Of a stretch of 64,000 bases of DNA, positions 52,801-64,000 are shown piece by piece. Each line of letters opens with the position of its first letter. The first letter of the stretch is position 1. Position numbers and translations under genes: made by a program. The notes below the pieces were generated by a model. That model had not been told where the DNA came from. It did not search any database and saw only the letters and a list, made by a program, of their open reading frames with translations. This stretch comes from Selaginella moellendorffii (taxonomy: Eukaryota; Plantae; Lycopodiophyta), in NCBI RefSeq assembly GCF_000143415.4, contig NW_003314271.1:930001-994000 (forward strand). Reading direction: 5' to 3'.

Positions 52801-54604
52801 CTTAATCTATGTTTTTTTCATAGAGCTCACTGGTTATTTTAACCATGGACTTGTTGACTTCCTAGCGTTTTTTATACAATAATTAGTGTATGTGTTTTGA
52901 AAGTGTTTCTTTATATTAATGTAGGCCTCTTGATTCCACATCTTTATGGATTAATATTGTTAATAAAACAGTGATCCAAGAAGTCTTTATACTCTGTAGC
53001 AATATCTAGTTTCTCATTATTATGACATAAATTTGGTGACAAATAAAAATATTTTGTTTGTCTTTGATAAAATTAAAATCTTTCATGACAATCAATGTTG
53101 AAGGTTACAAAGGGAGCTCCTTTAAGATCTCTTGAAAAAAACAGCCCCTCTCTAATGAATGACTTATCAGTGTATACACATTTAGAGAGCATTAGTCATA
53201 TATTTACTTGATCCCATTATGTCCATTATAAAGTGACTCCCACAAACCTTTAACCACTATTAGCATCCACCCACTACATCCAATTGTCAGGTTCTAAATT
53301 TTTATTTTCTTTTTTTTTTTTTGAACTTATACACCAAATTCACACTTGCAAAACAATGCTTTTGCACACAAAAAAAATCATTTGTGATATACCTTATGAT
53401 GTCAATAGAACTATCATACCTAGGCAACATGTATATTATATACTCACTATCATGAAATTTGTTATATATTTTTTTGTAAAATGCATAATAAGTCCATGTA
53501 GCATACATGGTTTTCACCCTTTATCCTATAGTGATTTATCATAAGATAACCACGAAGTGAAACCTAAACTCTTCATGTGCCACATGCCACATGCCACATG
53601 TCCAATGGACAATAGAGTGGAGCTTGAGTTTCAGGGCCTTGGGCCATTGAATGAACGTACGAAGCCAAACTCCCAAACTTGCAGCGAAGGAGCAAAGGAA
53701 CTGGAGTATGGTGTGACTTCTGAGCATTTGGCTTAAAGAGCGAAGGGATAGGAGCACAGAGCGATGTAGGAACAGTTTTAGAGTATCTAACATCCCAATG
53801 CTAAAACTAGCATCCAAAATAAAGCTAAACGAAGTTTAGAAATATTTCAAAATACCGATGACTTAACGCAAGGATATGGGTATTCCACCAACTACTATGG
53901 TATGGAACTTAGGCTTAGACTCAAACCGGATGCAAGTAAGAGCTAAACTATGCCTCAAGTTGGTTGGCCATACCTGACATGCCCACTATCCTTACTATAC
54001 ATTTAGAACCTTTAATAACCCCCCTTCCTTGAGGAACACACACTTTGGGCTTTCACCCTTAGCCACCTTTAGTACCAAGAGTTAGTCTCTAGAACTAACT
54101 TGAAACTTACTAAATATGGAATGTTTCTAGATTGCAAATTTGGACATGGGACCAACACCATTGTGGTCAAGACAATCTTTATATTCTGTAGATATGCCAA
54201 ATGAGAAAATTTAGACACTTTCATAAATAGCATTTAGATTCAAATAATACTAACATAAAGTGTATAATAGCAAGGGTGTTTAATAAACATGGTAAACTAT
54301 CATCTAGTGAATATTGAGGGACTAAGCTCAATATCACGAGGGTTCCTAACACTAGTAAGTGCAAGTCAATGAATGAGTTTTTCTAACCAGATCAAATATG
54401 CTTGATTAATAGCACTTAGAAATTATGTCCTGATACTCATTTGGTCAAGTGTATATGTAAAGACTAATTTCTCAACTAGTTTAGGCAGAGACTGAAAAAT
54501 GGGTTCAACAATACTGACCTCTTGCTGTCATGGTAGTAAAGAAAGAATATCTAAAAGGACTAATTGACAAATAGCATTCGATACCTAAAGTCATATTTGT
54601 GGCA
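48797..54604 (+). repeat. Direct segmental duplicate of 32165-38116
   Basis: Colinear pseudogene, integrase remnant, AT-rich LINE remnant and an identical LTR insertion junction. Confidence 0.92.
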
Positions 54605-57600
54605 CTTTCCCCCCTTTAGAGAAGATTGACGTCCTCGTCGATGCCTACTCCAATCTAGAGCACCACTAAGAAAACAACTCCAAAAAAAGTTCACAATGTT
54701 CACACTATGTGAGAAATGCACCAACTTAAATGAGTTAGGGTAACTTCTTTGTTTCACGCGAATGCACTACCAACTCAAACACCTTCTGACCATCATTGAC
54801 AAGGAAATGATTAATGGAGTTAACCACTCTTGTTACTCTAGGTGTCACCCAACTTACAAAAGTGTGATATGCCTCTATCTGCAAGGATATAGAGAGAGAA
54901 GCTAAAGGCCCCAACCTTTAGTAAAGAAAATAAACCTGTCGGTAAGGTTTAGATAGACTATTGCAAATAAGCAGTTAGAGCAAATAAACACTCATTCATG
55001 ATAACTATTGTACTAGCCAATCTAAATAAATCTTAGTTAACCATACTAAAGAACTCAAATTGCTTAAGTAAGTGTTAGTAACATCTTATCAATATTTCAA
55101 CCCCAAGAGACCAACCAAAGCAAACCACAAAGAATATGTGGTAATGCGAAAAGCCAAAAACTATCAAAGAAAATAATTAACTATTATGAAAGATCATCAA
55201 TCATCCCATTAATAGAGAGATGCATTATCATCATCAAGAAATAATCCACCATCATAAAGAATGGCAATCATTCAACATCAACAATAATTAAGTAAAACCT
55301 TTGACAAAGATAATTAACTATCCTAGATGATAGTCAATCATCATCAATGATTGCCAAATGCAGAAGCTAGCTTTAACATTGAAGCTAATAAACTAAAATA
55401 CCTTCCCCTAACAACTTCTAACAATTAGAATAATGAGTACAACAAAACTTAAAGAACCAAAAGCTCGAAGAAGTTTATAGCTAAATCTTCCTTAATAATG
55501 ATCACGAATCTTGCATGAATTAACTTTAATGCCAAAGAAGAAATCATGGTACAACCCACAACATCTTTCTTAATACATGTAAAAGTGAAACTTTATAATG
55601 CAAAACTATAGTATATCTGTATCAATCCAAAAGCTAAGCATAATAAGTGATTATCAAACCAATCCTCCATGAATCCATTTTCTATAGTAAAACATAACTC
55701 ACTTTATAACAAGTACAAGAAAAATCATCATAACAAGTATAAAAAGAATCATAAATCGATAAGAACCACCAACTTTAATATTGAACGCTAACTCTTTTTT
55801 TTGTAAAGTTAGCATAATTCATAACTAAATCACTTTTCAAGGAAAACCCAAAGCTCAACCCCTACTAAATAATCTCGTCTAGAACATAACTAACTCAACT
55901 TGCTATTTAACTCATTTGAACGCCAACATAGTTGTTAACTAGCTAATGAACGATTGCTAACAACATAAAGCTTTAGCCAAATCATTAATACTATCTACAT
56001 TGAGATTAAGGAAACTCAATATCAAAATTACAGAGAGACATCTCATTTCACTCGAATCTTAACATCAAGAATTTTAATGATAAAGCATCACTTCAATGCC
56101 ATCAACACCAAAACAAAGCTAAAAAAAAGCAAAAGTGAATCACCATTCGAAGCTCTTTAACAACCAAGCTAATCAAAGTCAAAGATATTATACTTAGTAT
56201 TTGAGACCAATCCTTTAATAACACTCAGTTACAAATAATACATCATCAAGGAGTGATTCACCACATCCAAAACTCAATGAAATCCAATACCACAAACTAA
56301 ATGCAATCAAATGATATCGATAAAGATAAAATTGATATGTTAACATGGAAAATCCATGCAACCCACAATATGATCCTCTGTAACACCATCTCGTAAAGCA
56401 AGTCTATCACTGCTAAATCATCATCGAGTAAAGTAAGTGTTAGTAATCCTCGACGAAGTGTATAAGCAATCACTAGTTGCAAAGCAACTAATAATCATTT
56501 TTCAACTTGCCTTCACAAAACCCAAATACTAAACTCATACCATCGAGTCATATATTTATCCAACTTGAACATAACACCCTAGGTACATGAATAAGCATGA
56601 ATTAAATGACCACTCAAATCTAACTCAACCGCAATAAACTCATTAATGTGTATACCCAATACATTTGAGCATGCCTTGAAGAGGTTAATTATACATGATC
56701 ACACTTAGTTGAAATTAAAGTGAAAATCATAAAATGCACTCATATTGGTACACAACCTCCTAATGGACAAAGTTATAATGCAGGTATTAACACCTCAACC
56801 TCAAAAAACTAAATTGGACATCACTATCTTTAGCTAAAGCACAAGGCTATCAAGACCAATTCAAGATTAGAGAGAACTCACTACTCTCATAAAGTCTAAT
56901 GAAATGCAAAGTACAACTTGCCACCAAGTATAACATTACAAGAAAAAGGCACAAGGGTCATCTTTCTAGAAAAGTGCAATAGCCATTTTTCTACACCAAC
57001 TCCAGACTTTATTCAACTTAATTGTTTTAGCCCTAAGAAGTCAACATTTCTTTCGGGCCGCATCATACAAACTACTTATTGAGGTTTAAGCTAACTAAAG
57101 TCAACTCCAACCCCTTCACTAGTTTGTACTAGCTTACGAAAACGGAATGGTTTTTGGATAAAGTGATTAATAGATTAGTTATTGAAAAAGTTTAAGAAAA
57201 TTTGTGGAAAATTTCCCATTCTAGAGAAAGAATAACTCTCAGTCTAGGAATACAAACTTTCAAAATTCAGCAAACTTCCTCCTACCTACAACTTTACAAA
57301 ACTTCACCTCAACACTAATTCTCATGACCCAATAGTATGTTTAAGCATCGAACATCTTACTCATATTTCTAACATCCTATACCATTATCTGCAAAATGCA
57401 AATGAATACCTAAGACATGATCACGAAAACCACATTTTTGGATATCCATATTGTATTAATACTCTTCTTCAATCACCTTCAAGATCTAATGTGAAGCCAA
57501 AACACTAACAAGAAAAATGACATGGAAAATTAAGCTCCAAGAAAAATTCCTTATCACTCAAAACAATAATGCCACTTTCATTAGCACAAGTGCTAGTAAT

Positions 57601-59374
57601 GTTAGTACCTCAACTTCACACCTTCTCCATCTAACAATTTATTCCAAATGCTAACGAATAAACCAACAAGCTATAGCAAGTGAATGCTATAACCTTTTCT
57701 AACAGTTTATGGGCAAACTCTCAAGGAAGTAAGGTATCAACTCAAGCTTAGCATAATAGACCACCATCGAGAATCTAGTCAAAGCTACTTCAATGCTACT
57801 ACTTGCAAATAAATTAACTTCATTATCAACCACTTTGTGGTTAATCATTGGTAACCAAACAACTTTGTAAACACATTACTCATTATCATATGGATATGAT
57901 ATAAATATTATAATGACTTGATCATTAATCAAGCAATACCATAAGCAACACCTATATCACTACTACAAAGGTTTATATGAGTATCAAATGCCAACTCGAT
58001 TCGACAAAATGCAATATAAATGTCACACTCCACCAATAAGGATTTATAATACCAAACACCACTAACTTTTGTTCACAACATAGTAAGGTTCCCCTGAAAA
58101 GAATTGAGCATTGCAATCTAAGTTTTCAATAACAAGCCTAAACAAAATGGTTTAGCACTTCATCGCTATCCATTCCACAACTCACCACTTGTAAGACCAT
58201 AATTTCCAACATGCATCAAAATAGGGACTTTTGATTGCATGATGTAAGTATGAACAATGAATTAACACTTTGTTGTAAATCATCTCTCCAAAAAGAGAAA
58301 ATGATTTATGTGTTTGATCCTTCGTCCCTAATAACTCTTTTTTTGGACTCAATTTTGACCAAACCTCAAGCTTGCTTTATCCACTTATAATAATGCCTAG
58401 AAAGGATCCACTAATTCTATGCTAAACAGCTACAGACTAGCATATTCACCACTCATAGCAAACCCAGGGGAGGTTTACTTTTACCTATAGTACATAGAAT
58501 AATTTATGGTAACCACTAATAGGCTAACATTAATCTTGCCAACTCAAAGTGTAACCTTGAGTTGCTAATGTGCCTCATTCATGAGCCATAGCTCAAACTC
58601 ATACAAACGGAACATTTTTAATCCATTTTATAAGCCAAAGCACAAGCTCATATAATATGGTACAAAAAAGTAACCAAAATCCATACCCAAGGAAGGATTG
58701 CAAAGTCATAGTACCCAAACGTATACCCACTCAGATCATCATTTTCATCTCTGCATATGCAACAAGACCAATTGCCTAATCTCATTGGATAATGCTCACT
58801 AAGACTCATTCTCCGGTACCAAATATAGTATATGTGGTTTTCACCCTTTATCTTATAGTGATTTACCATAGGATAACCATGAACTGCAATCTAAACCCTT
58901 CATATGCCATGTGTCACATGCCACATGTCCAATAGACAGCAGAGTGAAACCCAAGTTTTAAAGCTTTGGGCCACTGAATGCAGGTATGGAGCCAAACTCT
59001 TAAGCTTGCAACCAAGGAACAAAAGAACTAAAGTATAGTGTGACTCCAAGCATTCAGCCCAAGGAGTGAAAGGACAGAAGCACGGAGCAACGTAAAAATA
59101 ATCTTAAAGTATTCAACATCCCAATGCTAAGATTAGCACGCAAAATGGAGCTAAATGAAGTTTGGTGCTATTTCAGTATATTAGTGGCTTAATGCGAGGA
59201 TATGGGTACTCCACCAACTAGTATGGTATGGAACTTGTATTTATACTCAACCTAGACGCAAAATAATGATAGGCACACAAGCGGGAGCTAGAATATGCCT
59301 CAGGCTGGTCGGCCATATCTAACCCTTAGTATCAGGAGTTAGTCTCTGGAACTAACTCAAAACTTACTAAATAT
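53497..59374 (-). mobile_element. Family A LTR retrotransposon: 3' LTR 53497-54604, PPT 54605-54617, heavily decayed interior, PBS 58810-58821, 5' LTR 58824-59374 (interrupted)
   Basis: Two direct LTRs; ctttcccccctt PPT; TGGTACCGGAGA PBS; faint integrase echo (LAVIDLLYEM) at ~56400. Confidence 0.85.
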
Positions 59375-59816
59375 AAGCTCTATTTCGTTAAAGTGGGAAT
59401 TGTCATTATCCCATTTGTAAAATAAGGTTTCCAAACCTTTATATAGTATATAAATATAACAAAATTCAACTGCATTGAGGCACATGCCATTTTATTTTAA
59501 ACAAGGAAATGTCTACTCAATCACTTCTCCTCCCCCTGCCACTGCTTCACCTCTCTCTTCTCCTTGTCATCGTCGTCCAATTTCTTTCCATCCTTTTAAT
59601 ATTGGCTCAGTTGCTCTGAGTCTAGGTGGAGCCCAAGTCCCCATTCAATCTTTACTTTCCCCTTATTAATAAAACAACTTCGTAGACTTCCAATAACATG
59701 CTGTAACACTTCTAGTATAATGCAAATCCTCTTAAAGAATTGTCTTTTAATATTAATACAATGGCATGGAACCCCATGCCATAATAAGTTACATTTTTAA
59801 ATAAATACATGCCATC

Positions 59817-60701
59817 TCAGACTGTTATTTTTTGCCTCCAACGCCTATACAATAATCTTGGAATTTCATCACTCTCCACACTATCAGGATTTAAACCCAA
59901 TAGTAATGCCATCTCTTCTCTAATACGTCCACGCTCATGTTCAGTGGTCGAAGAACCCATCCGGTTAAGCAGATTATGGAGATGTGGATAGTCCTTGGCT
60001 AGACAATATACATGCCATAAATGATGACTGGTGTCTGTCCGATCAAATGGCTTCTGATATACCGTTCCATCTGCCATTTGTTTGATTTCTGCAGCCACCT
60101 CCTGGACTGGCCGGTTCTCTATCACCATCGCTCCAAGCCGTTTTGCAAGGTCCCCCAGAACATACGGTTTCTTCTCCCTAGTTTCCATACTGCAAGAGAT
60201 GGGGTGCACTGCATATGTGTGCGTGTTCGCTGCAGTTTTAATCGCCGAGTCATCGATGATGAGGATTTCACTTGACCTAGCAGTCCGGTTCATCACTACA
60301 GCCTCTGGCTTGACGAAGATGGGCTTGCTACCCCTCACATGGACCATAGTCAAGCAATCCTCCTGCGTTAGGAGAAAGTCAAATGGTAATATTACTCGCG
60401 TCTGATCGTGCATCATCTGTAGCAACGTTAATGCATTGTGGCACATCATGGATGTCCAAACTCCCAATTGCAAATTGAACCCGGCCCTCTGTTTTAAGTG
60501 TCGCATGGTCATTATTAGATCCCGCAGTTTCTCCCGTGTGATTAATGTGAATCTGTCTCTTTTGACCAACTTGCGACCGCAGGCTTTGGAGGGTGCAATG
60601 ACATTCGAGGACGAGCCACGCTCATGGGAGAAAAGGACACCGTTCAGATAAAAAATGATACAGTACCTTCGCCGTGACTCTGAAATGAAATGCGTCAGCA
60701 T
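59817..60701 (-). CDS. FCP1/NIF-like HAD phosphatase domain (catalytic Asp appears lost)
   Basis: IIFYLNGVLF (DLNG/DLDET-like), GVWTSM, LTQEDC, FVKP, ILIIDDS; probably the last part of a larger spliced gene. Confidence 0.65.
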   Translation of the reverse strand: MLTHFISESRRRYCIIFYLNGVLFSHERGSSSNVIAPSKACGRKLVKRDRFTLITREKLRDLIMTMRHLKQRAGFNLQLGVWTSMMCHNALTLLQMMHDQTRVILPFDFLLTQEDCLTMVHVRGSKPIFVKPEAVVMNRTARSSEILIIDDSAIKTAANTHTYAVHPISCSMETREKKPYVLGDLAKRLGAMVIENRPVQEVAAEIKQMADGTVYQKPFDRTDTSHHLWHVYCLAKDYPHLHNLLNRMGSSTTEHERGRIREEMALLLGLNPDSVESDEIPRLLYRRWRQKITV

Positions 60702-61333
60702 AAAAAATGGTACAAGTCAATTTTACCATCTACAATATTAGCGAATGGTGCTCCCGATGGTCGTTGAGAGGGTTTTGGTCGAGGAAACGTGAAGGGCGGA
60801 AATACTCTCCTCTGCAATGTGGGGTCAATCGCATCCGATGGCATGTGGGCATATGCCATTTCAGCTGTAGACTCTGGTACAACTGGCTCAACAGTGGCAT
60901 GGGGTGGTTCCGATGGCGTGTGATCACACGCCATTTCAGCTGGTGCCTCCGTTAGCAAAGTGGACATGATCGAACAGGCAGTAGGGGCGGTGTAGGGAGG
61001 TTCCAACGGCGCGTAGTCAGACGATTGGGCACACGTTGAGTCCGTTGGAAATGAGGATACGACCGGCTCGGCGGCTGGGGCGGCCTCATGCGGGTCCAAT
61101 GGCGCCTGGTCACCGTCAGTTGGATACGTGGACAAGATTGACTCAGTGGTATGGGCAGCATCAAGTGGAGCGTGGTCAGCTTGCTTGGCGTTGATATGGA
61201 TAGTAGCCTCCACCAGCTCTGATGACTCTTGCAGGCAAGTAGAGTCCACTGGCGGATCCATATGCATGTCCAAATATCTCCTTTCGATTGAGATGGTATC
61301 CTCCCGTGCTACTAAAAACAAACTCATTAGCAC
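60695..61333 (-). CDS. Pro/Ala/Thr/Glu-rich low-complexity exon(s) with about five degenerate repeats
   Basis: DHAPLD/DQAPLD/DYAPLE/DHTPSE/AHMPSD units; 212-aa open frame. Confidence 0.5.
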   Translation of the reverse strand: MLMSLFLVAREDTISIERRYLDMHMDPPVDSTCLQESSELVEATIHINAKQADHAPLDAAHTTESILSTYPTDGDQAPLDPHEAAPAAEPVVSSFPTDSTCAQSSDYAPLEPPYTAPTACSIMSTLLTEAPAEMACDHTPSEPPHATVEPVVPESTAEMAYAHMPSDAIDPTLQRRVFPPFTFPRPKPSQRPSGAPFANIVDGKIDLYHFLC

Positions 61334-61570
61334 ATTGAATCGACTATACTGTATTTACCATCAACTGCTATTGAGGAACTAGGACCGATATCACTTGGGC
61401 GCACTGCTGATTCTGAAGGATTGGACATACGTTTCGACCCTTGCTTGGCACTATCCTTCCTCGACACTAAAGGCTAGAGTTTGTAAATTCAACTAAATAA
61501 TCTCTACTTACCATTTGCTCTGCGACCTACATGGACAATGTTAGAAATGGTAAAAGGAATGGGTGTACTA

Positions 61571-63954
61571 TTATTTACCTGATGGTTTGTCTTGTATGAC
61601 CTTCCTCCGCTGCTCTTTGGCCACCTCAGGCTGGCCATCATCGTCATCATCGTCGTCGTCGTTATTGTGATCGTCACCATTGTGAGGACCATCCAAGTCC
61701 TCTTCGTCCTCCTCTTCTTCGTCCTCCTCTTCTTTGTCCTCCTCTTCGTCCTTCTGCTCTTCCTGCTCATTATCTTTCTCTGACTCCTCATCCCCCTCCT
61801 GCATTTCTTCCATAGGCTGCTCAGGCTGGATGGCTTGTTCTTCCAGGACCATCTTGGGAAAATCATCTGGCCGAGTCTCCATCTCAAAATACAAGACATC
61901 CATAGCCTGTTTTAGTGCGTGACCTAGGACCGTATCCTCACCCGACTGTCTTAACATGGTTTCTGCACGTTCTTGCACCCTTCGAAGACGACGAGATGAG
62001 AAAAACGTGGCCCTGACTTGAAAAGCATCCCTCATCCATTGTACCTCTCCATTGAGATTGGGGAAGGGGAGTCCGCCATAGGAATCTGAGTCAGAGGTGG
62101 TGACTGCTTGCTTTCACTCAGCCCTTGATCTGCAATGAATGGCATGAGCACACACGCCATAACCGCGAGGCATTACCTATCATCTTTTCGTTGCCCTTCT
62201 TCCTTTTCGAATCAAACGCCTCTAATCTTGACAACTGTCTAACGTGCTTTCGCTTTTTATGACCACTGTCAGTTTGAGCTTGGCTGGTGCTTGCCTGTTT
62301 TGCCTTTGAAAAAGTGTCTCCTGCAAGGAATGGCATGAGACCACACGCCATTGCAAATATAATTTGTACCTCCTTTTTTCCTATTGCTTGTCTGTTTGTC
62401 CTTCTTCGATGCGCCACCAGTGCGCTTTTCAGTCCTCGTGTCTGAATATTCACAACGATCTATAATCAAAATGGCGTGAGGCCTCACGTGACCTTACCTT
62501 GTGCAGGTTGTGAGCTCGGCCCAACATGGGTATCTTCAACAGTAGCTGTTAACGCCGTTTCAGCATCTAGGGGTGGCCACGCTCCTGCATACAGAGCTTG
62601 TGAGATAACATTTAAACTTAAAGTGTGTACTCACTAGGTTCGCAGAGAAGATACTGTTTTTCTTCGGCAACTGTAATTATATGCTCCATTGAAGTCACCT
62701 CTTCAATGGAGTTTGTCACCGCAACACACGGGACACCCTTGAGTAGTGCGGCTCGAAAGAATAGTCTGCCGCAGTTGTACTCGACAACGCATTTGCCCTT
62801 GGAGTCGGAAGCATGTGACCCACCCGCTATTGCGTTGAAGACCCAGCTGAGCATTTCCCATGTTGCACTTGGAGCTTTCTTTGGATTCGAAAGCTCCATA
62901 GCCGTCTTCAGTTCCTCAGGCACGGGTAAATTGACCTCCCTCAGATCAATTCGATTGGCCTTGTCGAACGAAGCTGGGAAGTCACTCCAGTCCCACTCTG
63001 CTGCAGGACCAATAACAAGGGCGAGTGTGAAGATGCGGACATTCGTCGGTATCTTCTTCTTAGCCATTATCCCATGGATCTCCCGCATCTCCTTGCCTTT
63101 CAACCGAGCCTTCACCTCGTTCAAGGCCTTCTAGAACTTGTGATAGGATTCGGAGTCGTAGATCATATAGTGGACTGAAGATTCCACCTCCGCAAGTCCC
63201 ACCATTAAGTCAATGATGGAGCTGACTTCGTCTGCATGAGTGATCTCCTCGTTTGTGAAGTCCATCACACAAAAGATGTTCTTGACCTGCTCATCTCCAC
63301 GGGAAACAATGCTCCTCCACCTTTGATCCTCATCCGAATTCAAGTATACCCGGTAAGGTTCTCGATAGGCCTCTGCTGCGGGGTCGAGCTGTTTCTGAAG
63401 CCGGCGGTCGACATCTTAATGAAATTTGGATACTGATCCAACTTCTCAGCTTTACTTTTCGTGGCATCCCACAGCAGATTGATGAACTTGGGGGCCCCCT
63501 TCACGTACTCGTCGATGTCTTCATTTGACAAATCCAGCGCTTCCATCATCTCTTGCGTGGTGTCGATGCTCACCCTCTCCACAGCCACTTGCTCAAAGAT
63601 CCAATCCTTCAATAGCGCACGAGCTCTTAGAGTCGTGCACAAGTCCTCGTATGTCACAATATAGCCGGGAGTCATTTTGGTCTTGTTGAAGACTACCTCA
63701 CCACGTAGAAGAGCATTAGCCACTGTCAGAAGGTCGTCGTCGTCTAGAGACCGCGAGAAATGCAAGGCGTTGAGCTTCAAATCATTGGGCTTCCAGCCGT
63801 CCTCCACACCCATTGAGTTTGGCAACTCCCTGTCATGGTACCTCCTCAGCACATCTACCCATTTGTCAAAAACAACTTTTGTCGCGAGTAGAATGTTATG
63901 GATACTGAGTGTGTCATTGACCCCCAGTGTTTTCGAGAGAAGACTCAAGAATTC
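61571..63954 (-). pseudogene. Multi-exon gene of unknown function with an acidic tract, slightly decayed (in-frame stop at 63131, frameshifts near 63345 and 62050)
   Basis: Long ORFs; exons 62498-62584, 62370-62459 and 62177-62320 join in frame through phase-1 GT-AG introns 62585-62634, 62460-62497, 62321-62369 and 62130-62176. Confidence 0.7.
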
Positions 63955-64000
63955 CTGCAATGGAAATGGCGTGAGGCCACATGCTATGCCACATGCAACG

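Larger units (their letters stand above)
59375..64000 (-). mobile_element. Left end of a large TIR element related to the 45258 MITE, carrying spliced genes; extends beyond the window
   Basis: aagctctatttcgttaaagtggga.ttgtcattatccca starts exactly where LTR homology stops; shares the 22-bp palindrome with the MITE. Confidence 0.75.

Noticed and set aside
53575-53600. (GCCACAT)n in family A LTRs, similar to half of the 22-bp palindrome
   Set aside because: A direct heptamer tandem, not a palindrome; part of an unrelated LTR, probably coincidental
54620-58800. G-poor plus strand suggesting strand-specific hypermutation
   Set aside because: Can be explained by native pol strand bias plus methyl-C decay; not testable without a family consensus
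59761-63987. Palindromic repeats as a CRISPR-like array
   Set aside because: Irregular spacing, eukaryotic spliced context, no cas genes

Overview
Eukaryotic plant nuclear DNA, most likely a lycophyte such as Selaginella (inference from very short GT-AG introns, tight gene packing and the style of the PLS-PPR gene). There are three zones. (1) 1-7 kb: a kinase-like fragment and decayed Ty3/Gypsy chromovirus debris. (2) 7.8-24.2 kb: a compact gene island with a plastid LEA-like gene, a PLS-E PPR, a PMEI-PME pectinesterase, an eIF4A-like remnant, an F-box-associated pseudogene, tRNA-iMet, an NTF2/SnoaL-like gene, ASD, APC7 and a double GST-N/thioredoxin-fold gene. (3) 24-64 kb: a duplicated, nested transposon field. 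It holds two 5'-truncated copies of the GST-like gene, a large inverted duplication, LINE remnants, a solo LTR whose paralogous site holds the full element, and a complete chromovirus with a Tf1-type self-priming signature. It also holds a 287-bp MITE and the left end of a large gene-carrying element that shares the MITE's TIR. The most unusual signal is a 22-bp palindrome (ATGGCRTG-N6-CAYGCCAT). It occurs in the MITE subtermini and throughout the large element, and sits 7-9 nt upstream of the 3' splice site in four introns of the element's gene. All calls come from reading the sequence and from family knowledge; no database searches were run.
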